Shown here: positions 61,828 to 64,000 of the stretch, in pieces | Numbering within the stretch: the stretch's first letter is position 1 | How the letters are laid out: each line of letters opens with the position of its first letter | IMG/VR virus record: IMGVR_UViG_3300042731_002921 | Coordinates: 1 to 64,000 of that record | DNA: 64,000 bases | From: a virus | Taxonomy: Duplodnaviria; Caudoviricetes | Reading direction: 5' to 3' (one strand) | Program-made: the position numbers and the translations under genes | The notes under the pieces: model-generated | Seen by the model: only the letters and a program-made list of their open reading frames with translations | Databases searched by the model: none | What the model was told of the DNA's origin: nothing

Positions 61828-63471
61828 ATGACACTTGAGATAAGAAAGAAAAAAACAGATATTAAGAAAAGTGGTTTAACAAATGATGTTGATAGTGATC
61901 TTTTTAATATAAAAGATGCTACAGATCCTACTAAAACCATTACTTTTGATTTATCTGGTATAACAACAGGTACAGAGAGGACTATCACAATTCCTGACAG
62001 GGATTTTACTGGTGGTGAATTGTCTACAGATCCATCTCCAGTACTCGCAGCAGATTTAGATGCAGCCGGTTATTATGCTACTGATTTACAGAATACACAG
62101 GATACTCTTGCTACTGAGCCTAAATATCTATTTGACGGGACAAATGATGCTGCTGTAGTTGCTGATAATGCAAGCCTTGATGTTGGTACTGGTGATTTTT
62201 ATATTGCAATGGCTATTAATCCTTATGATGTTACAAGAGAAACTGATTATATTATAAATAAAGAAGCAGCTGGTATTGGATATGGTCTTTATCTTAATGA
62301 AGATGATCTTTATATAAGACTTGATGATGACACAGCAGATGCTTCAGCAATTATTGGGTCTGGTGTATTTAGTAACAATACAGAAGCAATTGTAGTAGTA
62401 AGTTTTGATCGTAGTGGTAATGCTACTGCATATATTAATGGTGCATCAGTTGGTACCGTTGATATTTCTGGATCTGCTCTTACGCTTGATAATGCTGGTG
62501 ATTTGCATATTGGTAATGATTCTGCTGGTACTAATGAATTTTATGGTGAGATAAGGCTTTGTGCTATTGGTAATAAAACTCTTACTGCTACAGAAGCAAA
62601 GAGAATTTCTAATGGTCTTACTACATCTTATGAGTACGCTGGTGCAAGTCAGACTGAATTAATGCCTAATCAAGTTGACAGGGATTTTTCTGGTGCAAGT
62701 GCTTGGGCTAATGTAGACTTCAATTCTTATGATGAGACAGATGATTTAACTGTAACTGCTACTGCTGCTGAACAATATGCAACTCTATTAGCTGCAAGCG
62801 CACCTACTACTATTGGTAAACGTTATAGAATGACTTTTGATGTAGCAAATATTGTTTCTACTTTTACTATACAGAGTTTTGATGGTACTCAGGAAATTGG
62901 AACTGTATCAGCAGATGGTACTACGCAGAATCTTGATTGGACAGCAACAACTACTGGTGGTTATCGTATTGTAGCTGATGCTGATGATTCAAGTGCTGAT
63001 TTTGATAATTTTACACTCACACAACTTGGATGTGTTTTTGAAGTAGATTCTTCTGGTGTTGGTCATAATACTTGGGAGGATATCAATGGTAATGAGCTTC
63101 ATGCTGATGTATCTGGTGCTATTCCTTTTAATCTTCCTGCTAATCATACAGAGAAGTACATCAATCTTGGAATTACTGATGATGTAACTTTTACATTACC
63201 TAAAGATTATATTATTGATGCTATTGCTATTAAATCATCTGGTGCTATTGGTGGTGGAATTGATATTGGTACTACTGATGGTGGTGGTGAGATTGTGACA
63301 GCAGAAACTATTTCTGGTGCTGGTACTGTTCTTGCTACACTTGTAGCTGCTGCTAATTATAATACTACAGGTGCTGATGATACTATTTACATATCTGATG
63401 CTGATGGTACAGGATGGGATGGTGCAACTGCTGGTATTGTTGTAAAGATGTCAAAAGTTGGTTTGAGTTAA
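61828..63471 (+). CDS. Large LamG/ConA-like domain virion protein
   Basis: FDGTND....ADNASLD.G.GDF...IINK...GYGL...Y.NG; C-terminal GTTDGG domain. Confidence 0.6.
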   Translation: MTLEIRKKKTDIKKSGLTNDVDSDLFNIKDATDPTKTITFDLSGITTGTERTITIPDRDFTGGELSTDPSPVLAADLDAAGYYATDLQNTQDTLATEPKYLFDGTNDAAVVADNASLDVGTGDFYIAMAINPYDVTRETDYIINKEAAGIGYGLYLNEDDLYIRLDDDTADASAIIGSGVFSNNTEAIVVVSFDRSGNATAYINGASVGTVDISGSALTLDNAGDLHIGNDSAGTNEFYGEIRLCAIGNKTLTATEAKRISNGLTTSYEYAGASQTELMPNQVDRDFSGASAWANVDFNSYDETDDLTVTATAAEQYATLLAASAPTTIGKRYRMTFDVANIVSTFTIQSFDGTQEIGTVSADGTTQNLDWTATTTGGYRIVADADDSSADFDNFTLTQLGCVFEVDSSGVGHNTWEDINGNELHADVSGAIPFNLPANHTEKYINLGITDDVTFTLPKDYIIDAIAIKSSGAIGGGIDIGTTDGGGEIVTAETISGAGTVLATLVAAANYNTTGADDTIYISDADGTGWDGATAGIVVKMSKVGLS

Positions 63472-63581
63472 AATTAGTATTCACGGGCCGACAAGAGAGA
63501 ATTCATGAGCTTTCTTGAATGAGATTCCTGCCTCCTGTATCTCTTCGGCCCTTCAATTAGATTGGAGATTATTGTAAATAG

Positions 63582-64000
63582 ATGTTTGGTCCTGCAAGTA
63601 AAAGACAAGCAGAGATGCTGAATTCTAATGCTGATTTAACCATCATCGGTGGATCAATGGGCAGTGGTAAAGGGAGTCCTTTGCGTACCCCTGTAATCAC
63701 TCCGTGGGGCGAAAAAAAGATCGGTGATTTAGAAATTGGTACGATTATTTCCGGGCCTGATGGTTCACCACAAAAAGTGATTGGGATACAAGACAAAGAG
63801 ATTCAAGATGTTTTTACTGTGACTATGGATGATGGTAGCTCTTTAGAGACTGATGCTGATCATTTATGGTTAATCCATAAAACAAGGTCACAAAAATCAA
63901 AAACTACTGGTAATTTTCATAGTAGATCTTTTGAGAATAGTTGTCTTATGAATACGTTAGAGTTAAAATCTTTTCTTGATAAAAAACAAGATGCCAATGA
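63582..64000 (+). CDS. terL: Terminase large subunit, 5' part (truncated by the window end, so absent from the ORF track)
   Basis: MFGPASKRQAEML.S.ADLTIIGGSMGSGK Walker A; the frame is open to the window end. Confidence 0.85.
   Translation, partial: MFGPASKRQAEMLNSNADLTIIGGSMGSGKGSPLRTPVITPWGEKKIGDLEIGTIISGPDGSPQKVIGIQDKEIQDVFTVTMDDGSSLETDADHLWLIHKTRSQKSKTTGNFHSRSFENSCLMNTLELKSFLDKKQDAN
63672..64000 (+). mobile_element. Intein N-terminal Hint region starting with Gly, inserted directly after the Walker A Lys
   Basis: GSPLRTPVITPWGEKKIGDLEIG..I.GPDG...V; block B ETDADHLW. Confidence 0.85.

Noticed and set aside
1-64000. tRNA or rRNA genes
   Set aside because: No cloverleaf with a T-loop GTTCRA and matching acceptor stem was found by eye; tRNAscan would be decisive.

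Overview
This window is part of a large, AT-rich, probably lytic tailed dsDNA phage genome. From left to right it contains: (1) the end of a tail module (tape-measure C-terminus, tail tip and fibre proteins, DUF4376 chaperone); (2) a putative lysis or envelope-degradation cluster (S8 peptidase, M15 peptidase, class-3 lipase-like); (3) a T7-type replication module (5'-3' exonuclease, PolA, primase-helicase, SSB) among many small ORFs; (4) a repeat-rich putative early or terminal region at about 28.8-40.8 kb, with ParB-like, orphan HicA-like and PAPS-reductase-family genes, several repeat arrays and a cluster of sigma54-type motifs; (5) a minus-strand nucleotide-metabolism block (kinase, dUTPase, NrdG/NrdD, ThyX-like, phosphoesterase, SF2-like helicase); and (6) the start of the head module, ending in the terminase large subunit. 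Selfish elements are abundant: three inteins, several free-standing HNH genes, and an HNH-AP2 domain fused in frame inside the ThyX-like gene with no splicing element. The strongest leads are that ThyX::HNH fusion, the sigma54-like motif cluster within two parallel non-coding control loci, and an inverted HNH cassette with a ~520-nt structured leader. All family calls come from motif recognition by eye; no database search was run.
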